Counted from the stretch's first letter, positions 13,811-24,431 are shown. The stretch: DNA of 45,136 bases from a virus (IMGVR_UViG_3300035502_000495), one strand, 5' to 3'. Notes: generated by a model from the sequence alone, not told the origin. Program-made: numbers and translations.

Positions 13811-14986
13811 ATGGAAAATAAAAATTCACTTCTTTCTGATGAAGAGTTTAATGATAAGATTCAAGAAAAAGCAGATAAAAAAATTGAAGAACAAATCATT
13901 GAAGAGAATATCAAGCCGACTAGGAAATTAGATTATTCTTTAAAAACACCTGAAGAAAGAAACGAATTAGTTAAAAAAATTATTGATGAAACTCCTCCTG
14001 AACAGCTTACTAACAGATATTTAGAAATTTTGAGCGATTATATTATTTTTGCTATGGATAAGAAAGAAAGACAACAAAAGAAAATTTTAACTGATAATAG
14101 AATGGTAACTGTAAACAAGAGAGAAACATCATTTCAAGGATTAGCAGGGCAGCTTGAAAATGGAGAAGATGGTATATATAATATGATTGCAAATGACAAA
14201 AATATTATTTTTACTCCAAAAATTGAGATTACTCAAAAGGATATAGATGAAATTCCTGCATTAAAAGATTTAGTTGCGGCAATTAAAGAAGTTGAAAAAC
14301 AAGCTAAGACGGCAACTGGTAAAAAGAAATTTTTATTAATGAAACAATTAATTGAAATGCGGAGAGACCAGTATGAAATTAGAAAGGCTTACCGCCAACC
14401 AATGTATTTTACAAATGCAATAAAAAGTTTTTCAAAGATGTCTTTTGATGAACATATAGAAATTACTCCAGAAGGAGAAATTAAGAGTAATGGACTAGTA
14501 TCATTCTTTAATCCGAAGCATATTTCTGCATTACTTTGTAATTATTCAAGATTAAAAGAAGATTCTTGGGGTAAGTTTTGGTCTGATTCTTATTTTTTAA
14601 TGGAAGATTTAGATAATTTAATTGAAAAAACTTTAAAAGATAAATACCCGCTTTATTACGATCTCTTGATTTATAAAATTGATGGGAAACCTAATGCGGA
14701 AATACAAAAATTATTATATGAAAAACATGGAATTAAACATTCAGTAGAATATTTATCATCTTTATGGAGAAATAAAATTCCTAAGTTATTGGCGGAGCAA
14801 GCTCAAGAAGATTATATAGATTGGTATTATTTAACACAAGAGTATGGTAAATATAAACGTTGCTCAAGATGTGGACAAATTAAATTAGCGGATAATAGAT
14901 TTTTTTCAAAAAATAAAACTTCAAAAGATGGATTTTACAGTATATGCAAGGATTGTAGAAACCATAAAACTAGCTTAAAGAAGTAA
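13811..14986 (+). CDS. putative DNA-binding/regulatory protein with an HTH-like region and a C-terminal Zn ribbon (391 aa)
   Basis: LLIYKIDGKPNAEIQKLL..SVEYLSSLW resembles a sigma-region-4 HTH; CSRC..CKDC; first gene of the morphogenesis arm. ORF is certain, function tentative. Confidence 0.5.
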   Translation: MENKNSLLSDEEFNDKIQEKADKKIEEQIIEENIKPTRKLDYSLKTPEERNELVKKIIDETPPEQLTNRYLEILSDYIIFAMDKKERQQKKILTDNRMVTVNKRETSFQGLAGQLENGEDGIYNMIANDKNIIFTPKIEITQKDIDEIPALKDLVAAIKEVEKQAKTATGKKKFLLMKQLIEMRRDQYEIRKAYRQPMYFTNAIKSFSKMSFDEHIEITPEGEIKSNGLVSFFNPKHISALLCNYSRLKEDSWGKFWSDSYFLMEDLDNLIEKTLKDKYPLYYDLLIYKIDGKPNAEIQKLLYEKHGIKHSVEYLSSLWRNKIPKLLAEQAQEDYIDWYYLTQEYGKYKRCSRCGQIKLADNRFFSKNKTSKDGFYSICKDCRNHKTSLKK

Positions 14987-15001
14987 TGAAAGGAGGCTAT
15001 T

Positions 15002-16228
15002 ATGCCTAGTTGTGTATGTCAAAAATGCGGAAAGACAATGGATGTTAAGCAATTTTATACATATAAAAATGGTAGTAAAACTGAATTATGTAAGAAATGT
15101 TTAACTATGCATGTTGACCCCTTTAATCCTGATACTTATGTATGGTTAATGGAAAAAATGGATGTCCCATATTTACCAGAAGAATGGAATGTATTAAGAG
15201 ATAAAGACTATGCCAAAAATCCAGCTAAATTAAGTGGAATGGCGGTATTTGGTAAATATCTTTCTAAGATGAAATTAAAGCAATATGTGGATAAAGAAAC
15301 AGGCAAACCATATGGATACGCGGATTCTGAAAGATTACAAAATAAAAATTTACAAAAGAAACAAGAAGAAATAGAAGCACAAAAGAAATTTGAAGAAGAT
15401 ACATTAGCAGCTTATGAGCGTGGAGAAATTAGTGAATCACAGTATAAAACTTTAACAAGTACAGAAGCTCAGCATCAAGCTGCGGAAGCTGCCTTTGCAG
15501 CGGGAACATCAACACCTCCCGTGCCATTTATAGGTAATAATAATCCATATAATGAAGATAATTTTATGAGCGAGGATGAATTAGCAAATCCCGCGGCAGA
15601 TTTAACTGAAGAAGATAGATTATATTTAGCTATGAAATGGGGCAGATTATATAAACCTAATGAATGGGTTGAACTTGAAAAGAAATATACTGAAATGATG
15701 CAGTCTTTTGATATACAAGATTCTGATACTACAGGAACTTTGATTCTTATCTGTAAAACATATCTTAAGATGAACCAAGCGATCGACGTGGGTGATATGG
15801 ATGGGTTTCAAAAGCTTTCAAGGGTGTATGATTCGTTACGAAAGTCAGCTAAATTTACCGCAGCGCAGAATAAAGAAGACAAAAATGACTTTGTTGATTC
15901 TGTTGGTGAATTAGTCACTATGTGTGAAAAAGAAGGTTTCATTCCTAGATATGCTACTGACATCCCGCAAGATAAAGTTGATGTCACATTAAAAGACATG
16001 AATAATTATGTTAAAAAACTTGTAACTCAAGATTTAGGTTTTGGTCAACAAATTGAAGATTCAATTAAGAAATTACAAATTCAGAAAGAAATGCGTGAAT
16101 CTGATGATGGATTTGATTTTGAAGATGATGAAAAACCATTAGAAACACAAGATTATGAAGAATTTTTTGACCAGATTCAAGAGCAAAAAGAAAAAGATTT
16201 AAAAATTTTTACTGAGGAGGAAGGATAA
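15002..16228 (+). CDS. Zn-finger protein, candidate terminase small subunit (408 aa)
   Basis: CQKC..CKKC; directly upstream of and coupled to TerL, as in the SPbeta-like layout. Confidence 0.5.
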   Translation: MPSCVCQKCGKTMDVKQFYTYKNGSKTELCKKCLTMHVDPFNPDTYVWLMEKMDVPYLPEEWNVLRDKDYAKNPAKLSGMAVFGKYLSKMKLKQYVDKETGKPYGYADSERLQNKNLQKKQEEIEAQKKFEEDTLAAYERGEISESQYKTLTSTEAQHQAAEAAFAAGTSTPPVPFIGNNNPYNEDNFMSEDELANPAADLTEEDRLYLAMKWGRLYKPNEWVELEKKYTEMMQSFDIQDSDTTGTLILICKTYLKMNQAIDVGDMDGFQKLSRVYDSLRKSAKFTAAQNKEDKNDFVDSVGELVTMCEKEGFIPRYATDIPQDKVDVTLKDMNNYVKKLVTQDLGFGQQIEDSIKKLQIQKEMRESDDGFDFEDDEKPLETQDYEEFFDQIQEQKEKDLKIFTEEEG

Positions 16229-19157
16229 TGGCATTAGCAGATTTAATGGAATTATCTTTATCTAAAGGTAAAAAAATAGGTTTGTCAGAAGAGCGTATTA
16301 AAGAGCAAATTCCTATATTGCGGCAGTACATTGCTTTTTGGCGCGAATACCCAGATATATTTGTAGATTTTCTTTGTGGAGATAATCCTGAAAATTTCTC
16401 TCTATATTTTTATCAACGCATATTTCTGCGCGGAGTTATGCGTCATAGATATGCATACGCGACCTTTCCACGAGCGTACTCGAAATCTTTTCTTTCGGTT
16501 TTGATATTAATGCTTCGTTGTATCTTATTCCCTGGAAGTCACTTATTCGTAACCACAGGTGGAAAAGAGCAAGCTGCAGGTATTGCAAAAGAAAAAGTAG
16601 AGGAATTATGTAAGTTAATTCCGGGTATAAGAAATGAAATTGATTGGACGCGTGGTGTATCTAAATCATCTAAGGATAATGTTGAATATGTATTTAAAAA
16701 TAAAAGCCGATTAGATATCATGGCGGCAAGACAGTCTTCGCGTGGTAAACGTGCGACTGGAGGATTAGTTGAGGAGTGCATTTTGGTAGATCAGACCATG
16801 CTTAATGAAGTAATCATACCTACCATGAATGTCAACAGGCGACTACCTGATGGCTCTAGACATGAAGAAGAAACTGTAAATAAGAGTCAAATATTTGTAA
16901 CAACCGCGGGTTGGAAGAATACATTTGCATATGAAAAACTTCTACAAACATTAATTCAACAAATTATAGACCCAGATGAAGCTATCGTATTAGGTGGAAC
17001 TTGGCGAGTTCCTGTTATGGAAAAATTGCTTCAAAAGAGCTTTATTGAAGAATTAAAGATGGATGGAACTTATAATGATGCGTCCTTTGCGCGTGAATAT
17101 GAGTCTGAATGGAGTGGGGACGCGGAGAATGCTTTCTTCTCGTCTGAAAAAATAGACAAATACCGAGTTTTACTGCAACCAGAGTATGAGTTCAGCGGTC
17201 GTTCATCGAAATCCGCGTATTATGTTTTAGGAGTTGACGTTGGTAGATTGGATTGCACTACCGAGGTTTGTGTAATCAAAGTAACGCCGCAGCCGCAAGG
17301 AAGTTCATTAAAAACTCTCGTTAACCTTTATACTTTTGATGAAGAACATTTTGAACAACAAGCTATTAATATTAAAAAACTTTATTATAAATATAAAGCA
17401 AGAGCAATTGCACTTGATGCTAATGGTATCGGAGCTGGATTAGTAGATTACATGGTAAAAGGGCAAGAAGATATTGATGGTACTTATTTACCTCCTTTTG
17501 GTGTAGATAACGATGAAAAAGGTGACTATAAAAAGTATAGAACTGATGATATGGAAAGAGATGCTTTATTTTTAATTAAAGCAAATGCCCCAATGAATAC
17601 AGAAGCTCATGCTTATGTTCAAGTCCAATTAGCCAGTGGAAAAATTAAATTTTTAATTGATGAACAGCAAGCTAAAAATAAATTAATGGGAACTAAAGTT
17701 GGACAAGCTATGGATGCTACTAAACGTGCAGAATATCTCAAACCTTTTGTTTTAACCTCGATTCTTCGTGAACAAATGCTAGGTAATTTGGCAGCATAAA
17801 CAGTAATGTTTATGAATAATAACCTTTCTAATTGCGGGAAACTCCAAAAATTTTAAAATTTTTGGACAATCCGCAGCAAAGTTATTTATATAATTTTTAC
17901 ATTCTTATGGAAGGAAAAACTTTATGGAGGTAAGAATGTAATTATGAAAAAATTAATTATTAACAACATAGAAACTGATTATGATATAAATGAACAAGGA
18001 GAAATTTATAGTCATAAAACTAATAAAACTTTAACTGGTACTGTTTATAATACTGGTTATAAAATGGTAAGACTAACAACTAAAGAAGGAAAAAAAGGAT
18101 ATGCAGTGCATAGATTAGTTGCAGAAACTTTTATTCCTAATCCAGATAATTTGCCTATTGTAAATCATAAAGACGGAAATAAATTAAATAATTGCGTAGA
18201 TAATTTAGAATGGGTAACTCAATCAGAAAATAGAGTTCATGCAATAAAAACTGAAATAAGTAAATTAGCGACTGGAAAAAGAATAAAAATAGATTTAGAT
18301 AATAGTGATAAAGATTGGAAACAATATCAAAATACTAATTATATGGTATCTAAAGATGGAGAAGTATATAATACTAAAACCAATATTATATTAAAACAAA
18401 CCCCAAACAAAAGTGGATATATTAGATATACATTAAGAATTAATAATCAAAACGTATCAAAACAAGCTCATATCTTAGTGATGGAAGTTTGGGGAAATCA
18501 AGAAATTTTATCTAATCAAGTTGTTAATCATAAAGATGGAAATAAGACCAACAATAACATAGAAAACTTAGAAGTCGTTTCAAAAAGTGAAAATACTATT
18601 CATGCTTGTTATCAACTGAATAAATTGGTTAAACCAGTTATCCAAACAACGATAGATAATAAAGAAATTCAATATCCAAGTATTTCAGAGGCGGCAAGAA
18701 TATTAAAAGTAACTGATGGCGCAATTCGGTATGCATTAAAAAATAATTCTAAATGTTGTAATAGTTATTGGAAATATAAATAAAATGTTCAACGACTATC
18801 CCGTGGGAAGATGAGAAGCTTCTATAGGAGTAGGGCCGAAGCTAATGCGGTGGGTGAGAACCCCTTAAATCGAAATGGAAGGCTCCTTAATTGAAATTGA
18901 GGATGAAGATATAGTCTAATCTCTAGTGAAAGCTAGAGCTGTAATAACAGATATAATTTTGCGAATTATATGAATATAAATGGAATCTTGTGGAGCAAAA
19001 TGATGGAATTAATATTATCTTAAAACAATCGACTAAAGCAGTTAAGAAGGATAAATTTTCTGCTTTTGAGTATGGTTTATATTATATTAAACAAGAGGAA
19101 GAAAGAAAGCGTAAGAGAAGACATAGCGGAATTGGACAAATGATGTTTTTCACTTAA
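16228..19157 (+). CDS. terL: terminase large subunit, join(16228..17780,18983..19157), 575 aa
   Basis: Walker A-like FPRAYSKS, Walker B-like GGLVEEC, nuclease GVDVG; splicing gives EQML-NLVEQ..KKDKFSAFEY in frame. Confidence 0.9.
17781..18982 (+). mobile_element. group I self-splicing intron (IA-like) in terL, 1202 nt
   Basis: Exon ends in U and intron ends in G; P1 UGCU/GGCA; P2 with GUAA loop; P4 UGCGGG/UCCGCA; R GUUCAACGACUA and S AAGAUAUAGUCU (P7 GACUA/UAGUC); P3 CCUUUC/GGAAGG; P8; P9 with GAAA loop. Confidence 0.93.
17944..18783 (+). CDS. intron-encoded homing endonuclease with two tandem HNH domains and a C-terminal NUMOD1-like HTH
   Basis: VHRLVA..VNHKDGNKLNN..NLEW and AHILVM..VNHKDGNKTNN..NLEV; YPSISEAARIL; lies in the P6a loop (TTATTTATA 17882 / TATAAATAA 18775). 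Confidence 0.9.
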   Translation: MKKLIINNIETDYDINEQGEIYSHKTNKTLTGTVYNTGYKMVRLTTKEGKKGYAVHRLVAETFIPNPDNLPIVNHKDGNKLNNCVDNLEWVTQSENRVHAIKTEISKLATGKRIKIDLDNSDKDWKQYQNTNYMVSKDGEVYNTKTNIILKQTPNKSGYIRYTLRINNQNVSKQAHILVMEVWGNQEILSNQVVNHKDGNKTNNNIENLEVVSKSENTIHACYQLNKLVKPVIQTTIDNKEIQYPSISEAARILKVTDGAIRYALKNNSKCCNSYWKYK

Positions 19158-19225
19158 AAATTTGGGTAGAAGTAAGAAAAATAATTAAAAGTTTTTTAAA
19201 GTAAAGTATAATAAGGAGGACACGA

Positions 19226-19582
19226 ATGAGAGCATCTAGAGGGGAAATCAAGATAGAAGAAATTTTGGCGGATGCCGGCTTAAATTTTCAAGAAGAATAT
19301 AGTTTTCCTGACCTTGTAAGTACGAATGGTCGTGCGTTGAGGTTCGATTTTGCTGTCTTTGATGATAATGATGAATTAGATTTTTTAATAGAGTTTCAAG
19401 GGATACAACATTATGAGCCGAAGAGTAAATTTGGCGGATTGTCAGGTTTGCGGAAACAGCAATTTAATGATATGCAAAAAAGGGAGTATTGTGCTAAGCA
19501 TGGATACACCCTGATTGCTATACCCTATTGGGATGAACCTAGAGTTGACTACGATTACATCATGACAGCCGCAGGCTATTAA
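19226..19582 (+). CDS. stand-alone Vsr/DUF559-like PD-(D/E)XK endonuclease domain (118 aa)
   Basis: SRGE..LRFDF..LIEFQGIQH..NDMQKREYC..LIAIPYW. Confidence 0.7.
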   Translation: MRASRGEIKIEEILADAGLNFQEEYSFPDLVSTNGRALRFDFAVFDDNDELDFLIEFQGIQHYEPKSKFGGLSGLRKQQFNDMQKREYCAKHGYTLIAIPYWDEPRVDYDYIMTAAGY

Positions 19583-19600
19583 ATATTAATTTAAGTAAAT

Positions 19601-19629
19601 TTGACAAAAACAGAATTTTATGATATACT
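19601..19629 (+). promoter_or_regulatory. sigmaA promoter upstream of portal
   Basis: TTGACA-17-TATACT with TG. Confidence 0.75.
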
Positions 19630-19647
19630 ATAATTAGAAAGGTTAAG

Positions 19648-21273
19648 GTGTCTATCTTGATTAATAGAAGAGAAGAAATAAAGAGAAAAGGCTTCGATAT
19701 GAGGTCTGCACAAGACACCCCAGATGTATATATTCCTAGAAGCGTTCCTAGTGACTATTCTAAAATAAAAGTAGGTATTAAATCTCTCGAAGATGCAGTT
19801 TATAAACTAGGTGATTATAAAAAAATTAGTCCAAGATTAGCAGATAAACAAACTGTTTTAAGAGCTATTCATACTGGAGATTTAATTACAATGAAAGAAA
19901 TTTCTAATTTCTTTTATAAGACTAGCGGTATTTATCGTAGATTATGTCAATATATGGCATATTTATATAGATATGATTGGATGGTAACTCCTTATGTTTA
20001 TGGAGATAAAGTAAATCAAACTAAAATTGTTGATGGCTTTAATAAGAGCTTAACTTATCTTGATAACTTTGAAGTAAAGCGTTTTTGCGGAGACACCGCA
20101 TTAAAAGTTTTACGAAATGGATGTTACTATGGATATTTAATACCTCAAAATGATAAAATGGTAATTCAAGAACTTCCTGTGGAATATTGTCGTTCTAGAT
20201 TTTCTGTTAATCAACGCCCAGCAGTAGAATTTAATATGAGGTTTTTTGATGATATATTTAGAGATGAAATTCAAAAAACTAAAATGTTAAATTTATTTCC
20301 TGCGGAGTTTAGAAAAGGATATGATGCTTTCCGCAACGGACGTTTAGTACCAGACTATCCAGGAGATACATCAGGTTGGTATCTATTAGATACTAAAAGT
20401 GTTATAAAATTTAATATTAATGGAGAAGATTATCCAGCTTTTATTTCTGTCATTCCCGCCATTATAGACCTGGACGCCGCGCAAGAGTTAGATAGAAGAA
20501 AAATGCAACAGAAATTATTAAAGATTATTATTCAGAAAATGCCGTTAGATAAAAATGGTGATTTAATCTTTGATGTAGATGAAGCAAAAGAGTTACATAA
20601 TAATGCGGTTAATATGCTTGGAAAAGCAATAGGCATTGATGTCTTAACTACTTTTGCAGATGTTGATGTTGCGGATATGGCGGATAAGAATACCACAACA
20701 ACAGTTGATGAATTAAGTAAGGTAGAACGTACTGTTTATAATGAATCTGGTACAGCGCAGAACTTATTTAATACAGATGGTAATATTGCTCTTGAAAAAT
20801 CAATTTTAAATGATGAGGCTTCAATGAATAATCTAGTATTACAGTTTGAAGCATTTTTAAATGATTTATTAACTCCATTCAATAAGAGTCCAAAGAAACT
20901 TTGTTATAAAGTTCAAATCTTACCTACAACAATTTATAATTATAAAGATTTAGCTAAATTGTATAAGGAACAGACTCAATTAGGGTATTCAAAGATGTTG
21001 CCTCAAATTGCTCTTGGTCAGTCTCAAAGTTCAATTTTAGCAAATGCTTATTTTGAGAATGATATACTTGATTTGGTTAATGTATTTATTCCACCAATGT
21101 CATCTAATACTATGAGCGCGGATATGTTAAGTAAAAAGAGCAATAATAATAGTAACACTTCAAAACAATCTAATACAGATGGAACAAAAAGTAATGGAGA
21201 AGTGGGCAGAAATGAAAAAGAAGATTCAGAGAAATCTGAAAAAACTTTGAAAAATATAGAAAGTGCAAGTTAG
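19648..21273 (+). CDS. portal protein (541 aa, GTG start)
   Basis: Size and position after TerL; SPbeta YonE-like synteny. Confidence 0.75.
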   Translation: MSILINRREEIKRKGFDMRSAQDTPDVYIPRSVPSDYSKIKVGIKSLEDAVYKLGDYKKISPRLADKQTVLRAIHTGDLITMKEISNFFYKTSGIYRRLCQYMAYLYRYDWMVTPYVYGDKVNQTKIVDGFNKSLTYLDNFEVKRFCGDTALKVLRNGCYYGYLIPQNDKMVIQELPVEYCRSRFSVNQRPAVEFNMRFFDDIFRDEIQKTKMLNLFPAEFRKGYDAFRNGRLVPDYPGDTSGWYLLDTKSVIKFNINGEDYPAFISVIPAIIDLDAAQELDRRKMQQKLLKIIIQKMPLDKNGDLIFDVDEAKELHNNAVNMLGKAIGIDVLTTFADVDVADMADKNTTTTVDELSKVERTVYNESGTAQNLFNTDGNIALEKSILNDEASMNNLVLQFEAFLNDLLTPFNKSPKKLCYKVQILPTTIYNYKDLAKLYKEQTQLGYSKMLPQIALGQSQSSILANAYFENDILDLVNVFIPPMSSNTMSADMLSKKSNNNSNTSKQSNTDGTKSNGEVGRNEKEDSEKSEKTLKNIESAS

Positions 21274-21286
21274 AGGAGAAATATAA

Positions 21287-22648
21287 ATGCATCAGTCTAT
21301 TGCTACTATAGATAAGCCTGAATTTATAAATCTCAAACCCATGGATATTAATCCTTTACTTAGTACTTGCGAAATTAAAGTTCTCTATTTAGGTGAAAAC
21401 CGCAACCATAGTTATATAGATAAAAATGTTGCGACAGAGATGGCTAAGACTCTTAGAGGAGCGCCTATTGTAGGATATTATAAAGAGTCTAAAGAAGATT
21501 TCGCAGACCACGGTGAGAGAATTATATTTGATGATGAAGGCATTAAATTTGAATGTATGACAGTTCCTTATGGTTTTGTCTCTCCTGACGCTAAAGTTTG
21601 GTTTCAAACATTTGAAGATGAAGATGGCTTAGGAAATACTATTAAAAGAGAGTATTTAATGACAACAGGCTATCTATGGACAGGTCAATTTGAAGAGTGC
21701 CAATCTATTGTTGAGGGCGATGGTAAGCCACATTCAATGGAATTAGATGAAAATACAGTTAAAGGTGAATGGACAAAAAATTATAAAACAGGCATGGATT
21801 TTTTCATTATAAATGACGCAATTTTTTCAAAGTTGTGTGTTTTAGGTGAAGATGTTGAGCCTTGTTTTGAAGGTTCTTCCATTACCGCGTCAAAAGTAAG
21901 TGCTAACTTTACTAAGGTTGATGATGATTTTAAAAGAACTTTATATACTATGATGCAAGAGTTACGTTTTGCATTAGAAGGAGGACAAACTATGGAGAAT
22001 AATACTTCTGGAATTCAAGATTCTTCAGCGGTTAAGGACAATTTTAATTTAGACAATACTGCTGAAAATCAAATTAATACAGAAGGGGCAACTTCTACTG
22101 AAGGAACAAATTCTGCTGCAACTGAATTTGTTAATAAAGAAGAAGAAGATGATAAGAATAAAAATGATGATAGTCAGAATAAAGATAACTCTGATGCGTC
22201 TAATTCTGAGGATAAGACAACTAAGGAAGATGACAAGAAGAGTGATGAAGATGAAACTAAAAAGAAATATTCGTTGCTTGAAAGTCAGTATGCAGAGTTA
22301 AATGCTAAGTTCGCGGCTATCCAAGAAGATTATCAAGCTCTTAAGAAATTTAAAGCTAACATTGAAAATAAAGAAAAAGACGAATTAATTAATCGCTTTT
22401 ATATGTTAGATGATGAAGATAAGAAAGATATTATAGCTAATAAATCTAAGTTTAGTTTAGATGATATTGAAGCTAAACTTTCAGTTATTTATGCAAAGAA
22501 AACAATTGCGGCTGGACAACCACAGACTAAGACAGAAGGAACTTCTGATAAGTCAGTTGTAACTACTTTCAATTTAAATGATAATATGAATAGTGGAATC
22601 CCAGATTGGGTTAAAGCCGTAGAAGAAACAGAAAATTCTAAAAATTAA
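21287..22648 (+). CDS. prohead protease/scaffold fusion (453 aa)
   Basis: N-terminal NRNHS..HSMEL..LCVLG..PCF protease-like domain; acidic low-complexity and coiled-coil C-terminal half; between portal and capsid. Confidence 0.7.
   Translation: MHQSIATIDKPEFINLKPMDINPLLSTCEIKVLYLGENRNHSYIDKNVATEMAKTLRGAPIVGYYKESKEDFADHGERIIFDDEGIKFECMTVPYGFVSPDAKVWFQTFEDEDGLGNTIKREYLMTTGYLWTGQFEECQSIVEGDGKPHSMELDENTVKGEWTKNYKTGMDFFIINDAIFSKLCVLGEDVEPCFEGSSITASKVSANFTKVDDDFKRTLYTMMQELRFALEGGQTMENNTSGIQDSSAVKDNFNLDNTAENQINTEGATSTEGTNSAATEFVNKEEEDDKNKNDDSQNKDNSDASNSEDKTTKEDDKKSDEDETKKKYSLLESQYAELNAKFAAIQEDYQALKKFKANIENKEKDELINRFYMLDDEDKKDIIANKSKFSLDDIEAKLSVIYAKKTIAAGQPQTKTEGTSDKSVVTTFNLNDNMNSGIPDWVKAVEETENSKN
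21992..22648 (+). CDS. nested in-frame scaffold protein (218 aa, MENNTSG..)
   Basis: AAGGAGG 7 nt upstream of an in-frame ATG at the domain boundary. Confidence 0.6.
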   Translation: MENNTSGIQDSSAVKDNFNLDNTAENQINTEGATSTEGTNSAATEFVNKEEEDDKNKNDDSQNKDNSDASNSEDKTTKEDDKKSDEDETKKKYSLLESQYAELNAKFAAIQEDYQALKKFKANIENKEKDELINRFYMLDDEDKKDIIANKSKFSLDDIEAKLSVIYAKKTIAAGQPQTKTEGTSDKSVVTTFNLNDNMNSGIPDWVKAVEETENSKN

Positions 22649-22675
22649 CATTTTATATAGGAGGAGAATTGAAAT

Positions 22676-23260
22676 ATGGCTGAAACTACACAGATTGGTA
22701 GAAGAGGCTTTGGTCAAGTAGAGCCTAACCATCTTTCAGGTATTATCACTGGTCAAATTTTAGCTATGCTTCCTGTTGATACTAAAGCAATGGGAACTAT
22801 AATTGAAAATGGTAGATTTGCTAAATATGATTATGCTACTGGTAAAGTAAATCTTACTGGACCTGGTGAATGGATGCTTATCTATAATGAAATAAAATTA
22901 TATGATGAAAGAAAGCAAAGCAATAAAGATTTTGCTATGATTGCTGATAATTATACAGATGGAGAAATTGTTCCTAGATTAATTTCTACTGTATTAGGAG
23001 ATGTTTATACAACAAATACTTTTGGAAAATCAGAAGGAAAAAATAGTCCTATCACATTAGGAGCTGATTTAACAGAGAATTTCGATGTTGATGGTATTTC
23101 ATTGGATGTTGGGAATAAACTTTGTGTTGATAAGACAACTGGATATTTAATTTTAGAGGATGGCGAGAATGCTGATAAAACAGGTCCAGTATTCCAAGTT
23201 GTTAAAGTTTATACAATGGCTGATGGGCAACCAGGCGTTAAGATTATGAGAATTGCGTAA
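22676..23260 (+). CDS. capsid decoration/stabilising protein (194 aa)
   Basis: Between scaffold and MCP (YonC-like position); beta-rich. Confidence 0.55.
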   Translation: MAETTQIGRRGFGQVEPNHLSGIITGQILAMLPVDTKAMGTIIENGRFAKYDYATGKVNLTGPGEWMLIYNEIKLYDERKQSNKDFAMIADNYTDGEIVPRLISTVLGDVYTTNTFGKSEGKNSPITLGADLTENFDVDGISLDVGNKLCVDKTTGYLILEDGENADKTGPVFQVVKVYTMADGQPGVKIMRIA

Positions 23261-23277
23261 TAGGAGGAAAATAGATA

Positions 23278-24342
23278 ATGGCATTAAGTAAAGAAAATTT
23301 AATTGAATTAGCTAGAGCTAATGCTAGAGCTTCATTGAATCCTTCCGCAACATATTCTTTTGGCGATAAGGTTTTGTCTGGTGAGGCTCTTAATAATACT
23401 TTTATTAAAGAATTAAATGAGTTAGGAAATACTCCTCAAAATTTCCGAGAAAATCAGAATTTGATTTATACATTACTTGAAGTTGGTTTAACTGAGGTGC
23501 TCCCAGTTAAGGTTCTTCAAAATTATGGACAGTTTGCAGATGTTAAGACATACGCACAGGGTACAAAACCTGTATTTAAAGTTAATATTAGTGAAGCATC
23601 TAGAAAACGTGCTAAGCAGTTTGTAACAAAAGTAGGTTTAGCTGGTAGATATGAAACCTTCAAGCTTGATGGTTATACATTAGAAGTACCAACTAGCGCA
23701 TACGGTGGAGCTGCTAGAGTTGAGTGGGAAGAAATGCTCGATAAGAGATTTACACTTAATGATTATTATAGTTTAGTTCTTGAGGGACTTGATGAAACTA
23801 TTTATAGAGAAATTGCAAAGTCTCTTGAAGCTACTATAGAGAATATTAAGGCAATAAATAAGACAGTTCAATCTACTTTCTATGAGAAAGAAATGGATAG
23901 ATTACTTGCTACAGCAGATGCTTATGGTAAATCTACTATTTATTGTACTTTTGAATTTGCCTCTACTATGATTCCTCAAGAAGCATGGGCCTCAGATGCG
24001 ATGAAAGACCAAATTTGGAATAATGGTTATTTTACATCTTATAAAGGGCATAATGTAATTATTCTTCCTCAATCTTTTGAAGATGAGACAAATGCTCAGA
24101 AAGTAATTGACCCTTCAATTTGCTATATTATTCCTACTGGAGCTGAGAAGCCTGTAAAAGTTGCCTTTGAAGGCTCTGCTCAAGTTAAGTCTTTTGAAAA
24201 CCGCGATTGGTCTACAGAACTTCAGACATACCAAAAAGTTGGTGTTGCTACATATTTAGTAAATCCAGGCATTTGTGTATATAAGAATACTAGTCTAAGT
24301 AAAAGTAATAAAGGACTAGAAGATAATTATCAAGGGGTCTAG
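23278..24342 (+). CDS. major capsid protein (354 aa)
   Basis: Size, strong RBS, followed by a terminator, synteny. Confidence 0.75.
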   Translation: MALSKENLIELARANARASLNPSATYSFGDKVLSGEALNNTFIKELNELGNTPQNFRENQNLIYTLLEVGLTEVLPVKVLQNYGQFADVKTYAQGTKPVFKVNISEASRKRAKQFVTKVGLAGRYETFKLDGYTLEVPTSAYGGAARVEWEEMLDKRFTLNDYYSLVLEGLDETIYREIAKSLEATIENIKAINKTVQSTFYEKEMDRLLATADAYGKSTIYCTFEFASTMIPQEAWASDAMKDQIWNNGYFTSYKGHNVIILPQSFEDETNAQKVIDPSICYIIPTGAEKPVKVAFEGSAQVKSFENRDWSTELQTYQKVGVATYLVNPGICVYKNTSLSKSNKGLEDNYQGV

Positions 24343-24354
24343 AAAATAATTTTA

Positions 24355-24400
24355 TTGGGAGAATAGAATAATGAAAATTATAGTATTCTCCCAATTTTTT
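24355..24400 (+). terminator. intrinsic terminator after MCP
   Basis: TTGGGAGAATA..TATTCTCCCAA plus T-run. Confidence 0.8.
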
Positions 24401-24431
24401 CATAATAGAGATAAAAGGAGAAAAAATAAAT

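Noticed and set aside
16228-17799. TerL as a complete 523-aa protein
   Set aside because: The last codons are intron sequence; the true C-terminus is in exon 2 (18983-19157).
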